A DNA stretch of 63,740 nt, filler included, from Stramenopiles sp. TOSAG23-6 (taxonomy: Eukaryota): assembly GCA_900128565.1 (NCBI GenBank). It is 19 parts of 19 records of this genome, joined end to end, with 100 filler letters (N's around TTAATTAATTAA, not from the genome) between each part and the next. Parts side by side here need not be neighbours in the genome. Positions count along the whole stretch, not along the records: positions 60,498 to 63,740 come from LT637596.1; 18 more parts are not named here. One strand, given 5' to 3'. This document shows, piece by piece, positions 62,742 to 63,740 of this stretch (its first letter is position 1; each line of letters starts with the position of its first letter). The position numbers and the translations under genes were made by a program. Under the pieces are notes generated by a model that ran no database searches, was not told the DNA's origin, and saw only the letters and a list, made by a program, of their open reading frames with translations.

Positions 62742-63740
62742 TTTTGTATTAGCATAACTTAGTAGCAGTAGATTTCATCATATTCTTCTACGTTGTATTA
62801 TATATACCTACAATACCACCACCATACCCCATATACTACTACAACTTTATAATGGTACTGTGCACCTGTTGCACATTTTTATGGAAGATAACCGTCAGAC
62901 NNNNNNNNNNNNNNNNNNNNNNNNNNNNNNNNNNNNNNNNNAACTTTTTCTGATTGGGGTCACAAATGGAAGTGGGGGGTGGGGGAGATTGCATTTAAAA
63001 GGCTACGAACAAAAGGGTTTAACAGAAAAGAAAAAATACTTCATGTGTTACTTCGTACTTGAATTTCAATATTCAACCTGTGCCTGCGATCCCTACACCA
63101 GCTCGCTCCATGCTTCGCCGGCAGGTCCACAAGTTTTAAATGATGCAAAAAACTCTCCTCTACCCGGGTCCTAAATTGTGATAAAAGCGCTTAAGTTCTT
63201 AAGTTTTACTTTTTGTCGCTCGAAAAAATCTCGATACTAAAAACGTTCATTCGCCCCGATTTTCATAACTGTTAATTCTTAACCTTTTCTGTTCAATAAA
63301 ACTTACCGGTCGTTTTCCCTCGCCAGCCGTTCACAGCCNNNNNNNNNNNNNNNNNNNTGAGGGGGGTGGGGAGAGCTCTGCTCGATAAAATTGGTGTAGT
63401 TCAAAAAATACAAAGCGTTTTACTACTTACACGTTTCACAGGAATAAAAAAAGAGTCTGGGGTCTCTCAATGTTTGGTTTTTCTGCGCAAAGTTTAAAGT
63501 TAGAAAGGGCGTTACTTCGTGATTGTCAAAACATAAGGGTAGAGAAAGCCTGCGTTCGTCCGGCACATCACTTATCGTTCGGTTCTTGGGCGGGTGACGC
63601 CTCCTTGTTACGGCGTTTTCTCCATTTTATCGCTCGTAATTCTTCCATCGATAAGCCGTTGGGCGATTGAAAAACAATGGTAACGTTAGAAGATTTTTTA
63701 CTGTTTGAAATGCTTACTGCTGGCGGGGGCGTCGCGTTCT

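Overview
AT-rich eukaryotic (flagellated protist, possibly stramenopile-like) genomic DNA. About 19 short (~3.3 kb) contigs are joined by artificial N44-TTAATTAATTAA-N44 spacers, and one contig is present twice. Recognisable genes include RIO1, RPB5, NAF1, AAR2, DCTN3, a mitochondrial carrier, MRG15/EAF3, centrin, RAD21, a HORMA/Hop1 protein, CCT6, a myosin head, an S2P protease and RPL27. The main discovery is a very abundant (~40 copies/fragments) family of ~90-150 nt, sequence-similar, sense-oriented intervening elements. Their consensus is GTAYGTTTT...TTTCGTACGAAATTTTGTACCTAAC...TTTGAAATATTTTTCCAAAATACAT. They interrupt conserved genes, and removing them restores the protein exactly, but they mostly do NOT end in AG. 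Their last base copies the last base of the upstream exon (T|GT..YAT, C|GT..CAC, G|GT..CAG), and some start with AT or GA. They look like introner-type non-canonical introns coexisting with ordinary GT-AG introns. Secondary signals: short telomeric (CCCTAA)2 insertions inside genes and at junctions of tandem duplications, plus several chimeric joins made through the repeat.
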